This document shows, one piece after another, positions 8,457 to 16,225 of a stretch of 47,656 bases of DNA (its first letter is position 1; each line of letters starts with the position of its first letter). Origin of the DNA: Eubacteriales bacterium (GTDB taxonomy: Bacteria > Bacillota > Clostridia > Oscillospirales > CAG-382). The position numbers and the translations under genes were made by a program. The notes below the pieces were generated by a model. That model made no database searches. It worked only from the letters and a program-made list of their open reading frames with translations, and was not told where the DNA came from. The DNA is taken from NCBI GenBank assembly GCA_045535415.1, contig JAZSLO010000043.1, positions 1 through 47,656 on the forward strand. Direction: 5' to 3'.

Positions 8457-9329
8457 ATGGATAAAGAACATATTGCGATAGAACGATTGAAAATAGCAAG
8501 TGAAATGTCATTAAACTATTATCAAAAACCTGTATCAATTTGTTGTTCAGGCGGCAAAGACAGTGCAGTGATAGTAGAACTTGCAAAAAGAGCAGGAATA
8601 CCATTCATTGTGCAGCACAGTCATACAACAGTTGATGCTCCTCCAACGGTTCTACATATAAGAAAATTATTTAGAAAACTTGAACTTGAAGGAATAAAAA
8701 CACTATATACTATGCCAAAGCTGACTATGTGGCAGCTTATTGTAAAGAAAAAAATGCCACCAACAAGGATTGTTAGATACTGCTGTTCTGAACTCAAAGA
8801 AACTTATGGAAATAACAGTCATATAGTTACTGGCGTAAGAAAAGCAGAAAGTCATAAGAGACAATCAAGAACCGTGTATGAAAGTTTTGAGAGAGATATT
8901 AAAAAAAAGGTTTATCTTGATGACAACAGCGATATAAGAAAATTGACTGAAATATGTCAAAGGCGTGGAAAAACAACAACTAACGCAATTATAGATTGGG
9001 AAGATTATGAAGTCTGGGATTTCTTAGCAGATGCAAAAGTAGAGCTTAATCCGCTTTATGAGATGGGATTTCATAGAGTAGGGTGTGTAGGATGCTCGAT
9101 GGCATCAAAATGCGAGAGAAAAAGAGAGTTTGAATTATTCCCGACTTATAAAAAAGCGTATATAAATGCCTTTGACAAAATGATTTTAGCGAGAAAAACC
9201 GCAGGGCTTGAATTAAATCCACATTGGAATACAGGAGAAAATGTTTTTCGCTGGTGGATGGAAGAAAAATTTCATCCTGACCAAATAAATATGTTTGAGG
9301 AATTTAAGGAGAATGACAATGACGGATGA
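8457..9329 (+). CDS. PAPS reductase/PP-loop ATPase family protein
   Basis: PP-loop CCSGGKDSAV near the N-terminus. C-terminal Cys pair (GCVGCSM). Confidence 0.75.
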   Translation: MDKEHIAIERLKIASEMSLNYYQKPVSICCSGGKDSAVIVELAKRAGIPFIVQHSHTTVDAPPTVLHIRKLFRKLELEGIKTLYTMPKLTMWQLIVKKKMPPTRIVRYCCSELKETYGNNSHIVTGVRKAESHKRQSRTVYESFERDIKKKVYLDDNSDIRKLTEICQRRGKTTTNAIIDWEDYEVWDFLADAKVELNPLYEMGFHRVGCVGCSMASKCERKREFELFPTYKKAYINAFDKMILARKTAGLELNPHWNTGENVFRWWMEEKFHPDQINMFEEFKENDNDG

Positions 9330-9510
9330 TGCAATAAAAGAGGCAAAAAAATATTATAAATATGGAATTGATTGTGATATATTTCAAGAGCCGGTATTGA
9401 GTTACGCAAGAACAGTACTTTGGGCATTTGAAGAAATTGACCGCCAAAAAGCAGAGATTGAAATGTTTTAGAGGAGAGAAGAGGAAATCAAGGAAGGTTT
9501 AGAAAAAATA

Positions 9511-9702
9511 ATGGCAATGCTTGATGAAACGGAAGCATCTGTTTTAAGAGATATTAAAAATGCAAAAATTCAAGCATACAAAGAGTTTGCGGAGAGGGCA
9601 AAAAAGAAAGCATATCCATTCCCGTGTGCAATAGGTGTTGAATATGCCGTTTCAATACGAGGGATTGACGATACTTTAAAAGACCTAACAGAAAACAAAT
9701 AA
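9511..9702 (+). CDS. hypothetical small protein
   Basis: ORF in the co-oriented early gene array. Confidence 0.3.
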   Translation: MAMLDETEASVLRDIKNAKIQAYKEFAERAKKKAYPFPCAIGVEYAVSIRGIDDTLKDLTENK

Positions 9703-9727
9703 AAGAACGATTTTAAGGAGTGAGAGT

Positions 9728-9937
9728 ATGAAAGATAAAGATTTAACTTGGGATATAGTCAATTCTGAAATGATGAGAAAAAGACTTTTTAAGCGGTATT
9801 GTTGGCTTAACTCTTGTTGTGAAGAATGCAATAAAAAAGTTCGTTTTTGGTGTCTGATTAAAGAACGCATAATCAAACATCAAGAAAATATTATAACAAA
9901 ATCGCTTAATAAAAGATTAAAGAGAAATCATCAATAA
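9728..9937 (+). CDS. hypothetical small protein
   Basis: Preceded by the repeated RBS cassette AAAAGAACGATTTTAAGGAGTGAGAGTATGAA. Confidence 0.35.
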   Translation: MKDKDLTWDIVNSEMMRKRLFKRYCWLNSCCEECNKKVRFWCLIKERIIKHQENIITKSLNKRLKRNHQ

Positions 9938-9986
9938 AATCGCAATTCTAAAACCAAACAAAAGAACGATTTTAAGGAGTGAGAGT

Positions 9987-10247
9987 ATGAATATATATTG
10001 GTGCTTTGAAAAGAATGATTATTCGGGATTGTATGTTATTGCTGAAACAAGAGGAAAAGCAAAGCAAATATTTGCAAATGAAATTGGTGAGAGCTATATC
10101 GACATACGAAGTTCTATTTACAGGCGTGGTGTAAATGAACGGAGAGGGACAATTGAGGCAGAAGAAATCGAATTGCTTAATAAATACAATTTGGAATATG
10201 GCGAAGAAGAAATTCCTGATAATTGGGGCTATGGGTGTGTATTGTAA
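9987..10247 (+). CDS. hypothetical small protein
   Basis: Preceded by the same 32-bp RBS cassette as 9728. Confidence 0.35.
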   Translation: MNIYWCFEKNDYSGLYVIAETRGKAKQIFANEIGESYIDIRSSIYRRGVNERRGTIEAEEIELLNKYNLEYGEEEIPDNWGYGCVL

Positions 10248-10285
10248 CCCACAATAAAATCGCAATTCAAAACGGAGGAAACAAA

Positions 10286-10549
10286 ATGAACAAAAAGTAT
10301 AACGAAACAATTAAGCCTGTTGCATTGAGAAAGAAAAAAGACGCTGAAGCTAAAAAAGTTAGGGTTGTGAATCCGTCAAGCGTTAAAGCATTTGATGGCA
10401 AAGACAAAGTATTGACATACCGTTGCTATCCTTGCCCTGAATGTGGCAAATGGCTGATTGATAATGAAAACCATAAATATTGTCAATGGTGTGGTCAGGC
10501 TCTTGATTGGAGCGACCACCCAACCGAGAAAGGCGGTGTGCAGGAATGA
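10286..10549 (+). CDS. zinc-ribbon protein (hypothetical)
   Basis: RBS GGAGGAA. CPECGKWL..x..YCQWCGQALDWS motif, paralogous to 4928-5260. Confidence 0.45.
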   Translation: MNKKYNETIKPVALRKKKDAEAKKVRVVNPSSVKAFDGKDKVLTYRCYPCPECGKWLIDNENHKYCQWCGQALDWSDHPTEKGGVQE

Positions 10550-10941
10550 GAGAGATTTTGTTTAGAGGTAAAGATATAGCAGGTAATTGGCATTATGGCG
10601 ACTTGATTAACTTAACAAAAGAAATAAAGCAAATCTGCAACCATAACCAATTAGAACACGCACACAGCGTAAACCCCGAAACAGTAGGACAATACACAGG
10701 CTTGACCGACAAGAACGGCAAGAAGATATTTGAGGGTGATATCTGTCAAACAAAAGGTTATCCAATTATTGATGAAAAACCATTTGAAATAGTTTGGAAC
10801 AATTATTATGGCGGATGGTATTGGCAAGACCTGTTTGTGTCGGTAGAAACCGACGCTCTCACGATGTCAGTCGCAGCGCTAACAAAAGTAATTGGTAACA
10901 TACACGATAACCCCGAACTGTTGAAAGGCGGTGCGGAGTGA
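10546..10941 (+). CDS. YopX-family phage protein
   Basis: MREILFRGK...VGQYTGLTDKNGKKIFEGDI is the typical YopX pattern. Confidence 0.7.
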   Translation: MREILFRGKDIAGNWHYGDLINLTKEIKQICNHNQLEHAHSVNPETVGQYTGLTDKNGKKIFEGDICQTKGYPIIDEKPFEIVWNNYYGGWYWQDLFVSVETDALTMSVAALTKVIGNIHDNPELLKGGAE

Positions 10942-11174
10942 TGGACGAAATTGAATACAGAGAAGAATCTATAAAGCCCGGTGGGGCGAGAGTCATAAAT
11001 GCTTATGTCGACGGCCGTCTTGTTATGTGTTACACGGGATATTTCGGAAGAAATCCGAATGTTTTGGTTCTCTATCCCAGAGGGCAGGGCATTCACACTA
11101 GCCGCATCAAGATGCCCGGCAAGCACGAGGTTTCTATATTTAAAATTAAGTCTGAAGAAAAGGTGAGAGGATGA
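10938..11174 (+). CDS. hypothetical protein
   Basis: ORF with start/stop overlap to its neighbours. Confidence 0.35.
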   Translation: MMDEIEYREESIKPGGARVINAYVDGRLVMCYTGYFGRNPNVLVLYPRGQGIHTSRIKMPGKHEVSIFKIKSEEKVRG

Positions 11175-11548
11175 AAGCAATGGGAATTTTGACAAATAAA
11201 AAAGGCAGCCGAACTGCTGGAACAGTATCGACTGCCAATCGGTCAAAAACGAGACCGACAATGCGCAAGGCTATTATACAACATATTTTTCAAAATTGCA
11301 AGATATTTTTTATAATTCTTGTTTTAGCCCTGCTTATTATTCTTTACATACAAGATGCGCCTTATGAATACAGCGCAGTTGAGCACAGAGTAAATGAGGG
11401 TGACACCCTTTGGGACATTGCAAAACAGTACAAGCCTGAGAGTGTTTCAATGCAGGAATATATGGCGTGGGTTTACGAACACAACGAGGAAGGTATTATT
11501 TTTCCCGGAGATATTGTTATTATGGCAAAAGAGGTGGATAAAAAATGA
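11171..11548 (+). CDS. membrane-anchored LysM-like protein
   Basis: One hydrophobic helix (IFFIILVLALLIILYI) followed by VNEGDTLWDIAKQY...GDIVIM, a LysM-type motif. Confidence 0.5.
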   Translation: MKAMGILTNKKGSRTAGTVSTANRSKTRPTMRKAIIQHIFQNCKIFFIILVLALLIILYIQDAPYEYSAVEHRVNEGDTLWDIAKQYKPESVSMQEYMAWVYEHNEEGIIFPGDIVIMAKEVDKK

Positions 11549-11796
11549 AAAACAAACGCTGCAAGAGTGCTGCATCTATTTGCATTGACTGTGCAAAGTC
11601 GGGCGGTCTTTGTGCCTGGTCATCAAATTTTCAGGCGGTCCCGGGATGGAAAACGCAAAGGGTTTTGCGAAAAGACATACATAACAAGCCCCAATATTCA
11701 ACAAGAGTTATTAAGTGCCCCTTTTTTGAAACTGAAAAATACGGAGGTGGAAAAGCAAATGTGCAAAATATGTTATTCAGACCCTTGCAATCGTGA
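11545..11796 (+). CDS. Cys-rich hypothetical protein
   Basis: ORF overlapping the stop of the upstream gene. CIDCAKSGGLC motif. Confidence 0.35.
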   Translation: MKNKRCKSAASICIDCAKSGGLCAWSSNFQAVPGWKTQRVLRKDIHNKPQYSTRVIKCPFFETEKYGGGKANVQNMLFRPLQS

Positions 11797-12004
11797 TTGT
11801 CCGAATGCTCCTGTGGGAAGAAAAGTCGGAGTATGCAAGGCTTGCGGATATACTCTTTTTCACAACGATGAAGTGACGGCAGTTAAAATCAACGGCATTT
11901 ACAACAAATATCATTACGATTGTTTTATTGAACTTTCGGCTCCTGATTTTGTAAATGACTTTGAGTTATCTGATGTTATATGTGCCATAAACGAAAGGGC
12001 ATAA
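11759..12004 (+). CDS. Cys-rich hypothetical protein
   Basis: RBS GGAGGTGG before ATG 11759. CKIC..C..DC...CKACG motifs. Confidence 0.35.
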   Translation: MCKICYSDPCNRDCPNAPVGRKVGVCKACGYTLFHNDEVTAVKINGIYNKYHYDCFIELSAPDFVNDFELSDVICAINERA

Positions 12005-12030
12005 AAAGACCGCCGCACAAATGCGGCGGT
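12003..12030 (-). terminator. intrinsic terminator downstream of yafQ
   Basis: 9-bp GC-rich stem ACCGCCGCA/TGCGGCGGT (12009-12030). On the minus strand it is followed by CTTTTTAT. Confidence 0.6.
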
Positions 12031-12041
12031 GAGATGATGAA

Positions 12042-12317
12042 TCAGAACAGGTCGCTATGTGTGCCGGTTCTTGACAATGTAAGCACAAGCACATCATTTT
12101 GGATTTTATACACCAAAAGCCAATCTGGCTGTATATGGCACTCACGAAAGCCTTTATATTCGCCTGTCAGAGAATGGTCTCTATACTTTTCCTCAAGCTT
12201 TTCTCCGTTTGCAAGCAAGGCGACAACCTCTTTTAAAAGAGAAATGTCAAGACCTCTCTTTTTTATGAGTTTATAGTCTTTTTTAAATTGTGTTGAAAGT
12301 TTAATGTTATATGCCAT
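12042..12317 (-). CDS. yafQ: YafQ/RelE-family type II toxin (mRNA interferase)
   Basis: MAYNIKLSTQFKKDYKL..KRG...L..GE..EKYRDHSLTGEYKGFRECHIQPDWLLVY....VLTLSRTGTHSDLF is the characteristic YafQ pattern. Overlaps the upstream antitoxin gene. Confidence 0.8.
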   Translation of the reverse strand: MAYNIKLSTQFKKDYKLIKKRGLDISLLKEVVALLANGEKLEEKYRDHSLTGEYKGFRECHIQPDWLLVYKIQNDVLVLTLSRTGTHSDLF

Positions 12318-12588
12318 TTTCCAAATCCTCAAAAAGTTCGTCTACGTCGGAGTAAGCTTTTGCAGGGATTTTGCCGTCGAGGATGTCTTGTGTCTCTCTC
12401 ATTGCCGAAAGAGTCACAGCGTTTGGTCTTTTTGCTTTGATTTCAAAGGGCAGACCATTATTGGAAAGAGCTTGTCGTAAAAATATATTGATTGCTGTGG
12501 ACATATTGAGGCCCAGCTCTTCAAAGAGTGCATCGGCTTGTTTTTTTACATCTTCGTCTATTCGGATATTTGTACTTACTGTTTTCAT
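12307..12588 (-). CDS. dinJ: DinJ/RelB-family antitoxin
   Basis: NIRIDEDVKKQADALFEELGLNMSTAINIFLRQ is the typical RelB/DinJ ribbon-helix-helix N-terminus. Confidence 0.8.
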   Translation of the reverse strand: MKTVSTNIRIDEDVKKQADALFEELGLNMSTAINIFLRQALSNNGLPFEIKAKRPNAVTLSAMRETQDILDGKIPAKAYSDVDELFEDLENGI

Positions 12589-12689
12589 AAATTACACCTC
12601 CCACAATTAGTATATTCATAATAGCACAAATTATACACAATGTCAATACAATGTATAAAAATATTTACACAAAGAAAGGAATTTTAAAA

Positions 12690-13118
12690 ATGAGTATTTC
12701 ACTTAACAAAGTTATTATTATCGGAAATCTGACAGCAGACCCTATTCTTGAAACAACAATGAGCGGTGTTGCTGTTACAAAAGTAAATGTTGCCGTGGCA
12801 AGAGATTTTGTCAAAGAGGAAAATGCTGTAAAGGCAGATTTCTTCAGAGTGGTGGCGTGGCGTGAGAGAGCCGAGAAGCTGTCAAAATTCTTTAAGAAAG
12901 GTCAGCCTGTAATGGTAGTGGGTAGACTTGAAAACTCGCAATTTACGGCAAATGACGGCTCTGTACGGCACATTACGGAAATTATTGCTGACGAAATAAG
13001 GTTTGCATCGACAAAGAGTAATACAGACAGCGCACAAGTTCACAAGCAAGCAGACACAAAAGAGCAAAAGGATATAAATTTAACTCAAATGGGAAATGAA
13101 GAGGATTTGCCGTTTTGA
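12690..13118 (+). CDS. ssb: single-stranded DNA-binding protein
   Basis: LNKVIIIGNLTADP OB-fold start, FFRVVAWRERAE, acidic tail ending EEDLPF. Confidence 0.9.
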   Translation: MSISLNKVIIIGNLTADPILETTMSGVAVTKVNVAVARDFVKEENAVKADFFRVVAWRERAEKLSKFFKKGQPVMVVGRLENSQFTANDGSVRHITEIIADEIRFASTKSNTDSAQVHKQADTKEQKDINLTQMGNEEDLPF

Positions 13119-13145
13119 TAAGAATAAATGTGAGGAGAATTTAAA

Positions 13146-13871
13146 GTGAAAAGGGACAGCATGGTGTTTTACAGAAGCTTTTTTGATGCCATTTATGAGC
13201 TTCCGCCGGAAGAATTTAAGAAATGTGCCTGTGCGGTGCTTGAATACGGATTTGACGGCAAAGAGCCTGAAACAAGTGGGATTGAAAAAACTATTTTTAT
13301 TATGGCAAGACCTCAGATTGACAAAACAATGACTCGTTATGATGCTTGTGTTCAAAATGGAAAATCGGGTGGAAGACCGAAAAAACAAAGCAGTTCAAGC
13401 TCTGAAAACGATACTGAACATAACCAAGACCATAACCAAAAAGGAAACCAAAGAAAAACCAAAACCATAACCAAAGAAAAACCAGAACAAAAACCTAAAA
13501 AAAACCTTAATTATAATTATAATTATAATGATAATGTAAATTATAATGAGAATGATAATTATAATGAGAATGAGTCTTTAAATTATAATGTTAGTAGTTG
13601 TTGTAGTAGTAATGTGGAGTGTGTTGAACACGACGACAACGACGACGGCAGCAGCCAAGAACGAGATTCATTTGAATATGTTGGAGGTATCGGAAAGGGA
13701 GTTGTATTACTTACTCAATCTCAAATGGATTTGTTAATTGACAAGCTGGGTATTGACGGATTTAACCACTACATAGAAAAGCTTGCTGATTTTATAATAA
13801 AAAAAGATGCAAAAGTTAAAAACCATTATGCCACAATTCTAAAATGGGTAGATGAGGATTCAAATGTATGA
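13146..13871 (+). CDS. phage replisome organizer/replication initiator-like protein with an internal low-complexity repeat region
   Basis: N-terminal FYRSFFDAI..LP.EEF.. pattern of replisome organizers. Central K/N/Y-rich repeats. C-terminal ..YATILKW.. segment. Confidence 0.55.
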   Translation: MKRDSMVFYRSFFDAIYELPPEEFKKCACAVLEYGFDGKEPETSGIEKTIFIMARPQIDKTMTRYDACVQNGKSGGRPKKQSSSSSENDTEHNQDHNQKGNQRKTKTITKEKPEQKPKKNLNYNYNYNDNVNYNENDNYNENESLNYNVSSCCSSNVECVEHDDNDDGSSQERDSFEYVGGIGKGVVLLTQSQMDLLIDKLGIDGFNHYIEKLADFIIKKDAKVKNHYATILKWVDEDSNV

Positions 13872-14299
13872 ATAAATTAACTGCGCAAGAATTTTTAAGA
13901 CAAGCATACAGACTTGATGAGCTTATTAAAAGTAATCAAGAAGAACTGAATAAGCTAAGAGAACAGGTTGTAACAATAAGTGCAATAAATTATGCAAAAG
14001 AAAAAATACAAAGTAGTCCACAAAGTGAGGCCCTTTTTTCCAGAACTATAATGAAAATCATTGACCTTGAAGAATCAATACAAGCAGATATTGACAAACT
14101 ATTCAATTTGAAGCTGGAAATAAGAACAGCAATTAATAATGTTGAAAACACGGATGAAAGGTTGTTGCTACGGTGCAGGTATTTGAATTTTCTTAAATGG
14201 GATGAAATATGTGAAGAAATGCATCTGTCAATGAGAACTGTGTTCAGAATACATATGTCTGCTTTACAAAACATAGTTGTACCGGCAGAATATTCTTGA
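13868..14299 (+). CDS. sigma-70 region-4-like late transcription regulator (ArpU/DUF1492-like)
   Basis: C-terminal ERLLLRCRYLNFLKWDEICEEMHLSMRTVFRIHMSAL resembles a sigma region-4 HTH. Last gene before the terminase. Confidence 0.5.
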   Translation: MNKLTAQEFLRQAYRLDELIKSNQEELNKLREQVVTISAINYAKEKIQSSPQSEALFSRTIMKIIDLEESIQADIDKLFNLKLEIRTAINNVENTDERLLLRCRYLNFLKWDEICEEMHLSMRTVFRIHMSALQNIVVPAEYS

Positions 14300-14542
14300 A
14301 AAACCATTATTATTTAAAGTTGGCAGATTATGACACTAAATGCTATTGTATGCCGAAAAAAATAATGTATAATTTAAAATAGATTATTACATTAAAGTGC
14401 GTTTTCATACTATATAGCATCCTTATACAGAAAGTCATTCCTAACACTTGGGAGTGCCTTTTTGTTTTGGATGAAGACAAAAAGGCAGGAGCAGAATCTG
14501 TCTGTTCTTTTTTATTTATGCAAGAAAGGAAGTGAAAATTCT

Positions 14543-14977
14543 ATGACTGACAAACAAAGAAAGTTTGCCGATGAATACCTGATTGACACAAATGCAACCA
14601 GGGCATATAAAGTAGCATATCCCCATGCCAAATCAGAAGGTGCTACAATGTCAGGTGCATCAAGATTGTTAAGAAATGTTAAGGTCAAAACTTATATAGA
14701 TGAACAACTTGAAAAGATCAGTTCTAAAAAGATTGCTGATGCAAAGGAAGTCATGGAATTTTTGACTTCTGTCATGCGTGGTGAAACCAAATCAGAAATA
14801 GTGGTTGTTGAAGGTTGCGGTGATGGTTATTCAGAAGCAAGAAACATTGATAAAGCACCTGACGAAAAAGAAAGACTGAAAGCAGCAGAACTTCTTGGAA
14901 AAAGATTTGGTCTGTTTAAGGACAATGTTGCACTTGAAGTTGAACCTGTTGTCATCATGAATGATTTGAAAGAATAG
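14543..14977 (+). CDS. terminase small subunit
   Basis: MTDKQRKFADEYLIDTNATRAYKVAY is the canonical Terminase_2 N-terminus. Confidence 0.8.
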   Translation: MTDKQRKFADEYLIDTNATRAYKVAYPHAKSEGATMSGASRLLRNVKVKTYIDEQLEKISSKKIADAKEVMEFLTSVMRGETKSEIVVVEGCGDGYSEARNIDKAPDEKERLKAAELLGKRFGLFKDNVALEVEPVVIMNDLKE

Positions 14978-16219
14978 GTGGTGATGCTGATGAAGGTGTC
15001 ACTTCAAGAAGCAGTTGGAAAGAATTATGCTGATTTTTGGAACACAAAGAAAAGATATAGAGTTTGTAAAGGAAGCAGAGGTTCAAAGAAATCAAAAACC
15101 ACTGCCCTGAACATGATACACAGATTATATCAGTTTCCTGAAAGCAATGGTCTTTGTGTCAGAAGGTATTCAAACACTTTACGTGATTCTGTCTATTCAG
15201 ATTTGAAATGGGCAATTCACAAACTTGGTTTGGATGCCTTTTTTGATTGCACTGTTTCACCAATGCAAATCACTAGGAAGTCAACTGGTCAGAAGATCCT
15301 TTTCAGGGGTCTTGATGATGGTTTGAAAATCACATCAATTTCTGTTGACAAAGGTGTTCTTTGTTGGGTGTGGATTGAAGAAGCCTATGAAATATCAAAT
15401 GAAGATGACTTCAACAAACTGGACATGTCCATTCGTGGTGAAGTTCCTGATGGATATTTCAAGCAAATCACTCTGACATTCAACCCTTGGTCTGCAACAT
15501 CTTGGTTGAAAGCAAGGTTCTTTGATGAAGAAGATGAAGATGTCTTTTGTAAAACAACTACATGGGAATGCAATGAATGGTTGGATGAAGCAGACAGAAA
15601 CATCTTTTTGAAGATGAAAGAAAAGAACCCAAGAAGATACAGAATTGAAGGTGAAGGTGAATGGGGTATTGCAGAAGGTCTAATCTATCCAAACCACAAG
15701 GTTGAAGACTTTGATGTGAATGTGATTAGACAAATTCCTGGAATAAAGTGTGCATTCAACCTTGACTTTGGTTTTACAGATCCAAATGCATTTGTTTGTG
15801 AATTGGTGGACAACACCAATATGAAAATATATATCTTTGATGAATGGTATAAAACAGGGGTGACAAACAAGGTCATTGCTGCTGCAATCAAAGAAAAAGG
15901 ATATGGTGGACAAAGGATTGTATGTGATAATGCGGAACCAAAGTCCATTGCTGAATTACAGGAAGAAGGACTCAAGGCAGAACCTTCAAGAAAAGGTAAA
16001 GATTCAGTTAACCATGGAATTCAGTTAATACAGAACTATGAAATCATTATTCATCCAAGATGTGTGGAATTCAGGAAGGAAATTGACAATTATTGTTGGT
16101 CAAAAGATAAAGATGGAAAACCAACAGACAAACCTGATCATGAATTTTCACATGGAATGGATTCAATGCGTTATGGTGTCAGCAAGATAATGTTACCTGA
16201 CACATTTTCGTTTGATTAA
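14978..16219 (+). CDS. terminase large subunit (PBSX family); exact start uncertain (14978/14984/14990)
   Basis: Walker A-like CKGSRGSKKSKT, a C-terminal nuclease region, correct size and position. Confidence 0.88.
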   Translation: MVMLMKVSLQEAVGKNYADFWNTKKRYRVCKGSRGSKKSKTTALNMIHRLYQFPESNGLCVRRYSNTLRDSVYSDLKWAIHKLGLDAFFDCTVSPMQITRKSTGQKILFRGLDDGLKITSISVDKGVLCWVWIEEAYEISNEDDFNKLDMSIRGEVPDGYFKQITLTFNPWSATSWLKARFFDEEDEDVFCKTTTWECNEWLDEADRNIFLKMKEKNPRRYRIEGEGEWGIAEGLIYPNHKVEDFDVNVIRQIPGIKCAFNLDFGFTDPNAFVCELVDNTNMKIYIFDEWYKTGVTNKVIAAAIKEKGYGGQRIVCDNAEPKSIAELQEEGLKAEPSRKGKDSVNHGIQLIQNYEIIIHPRCVEFRKEIDNYCWSKDKDGKPTDKPDHEFSHGMDSMRYGVSKIMLPDTFSFD

Positions 16220-16225
16220 GAAAGG

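Noticed and set aside
9319-9471. 50-aa ORF (MTDDAIKEAKKYYKYGIDCDIFQEP...) overlapping the end of the PAPS-reductase gene.
   Set aside because: It is plausible as a small early gene, but it has no motif, weak RBS evidence and falls below the track cutoff. Too little support.
13500-13620. Regularly spaced short AT-rich repeats that at first glance could suggest a CRISPR-like or minisatellite array.
   Set aside because: The repeats are 9-17 bp, irregular, and lie in frame inside a continuous ORF. They are interpreted as iterons/low-complexity coding sequence, not CRISPR.
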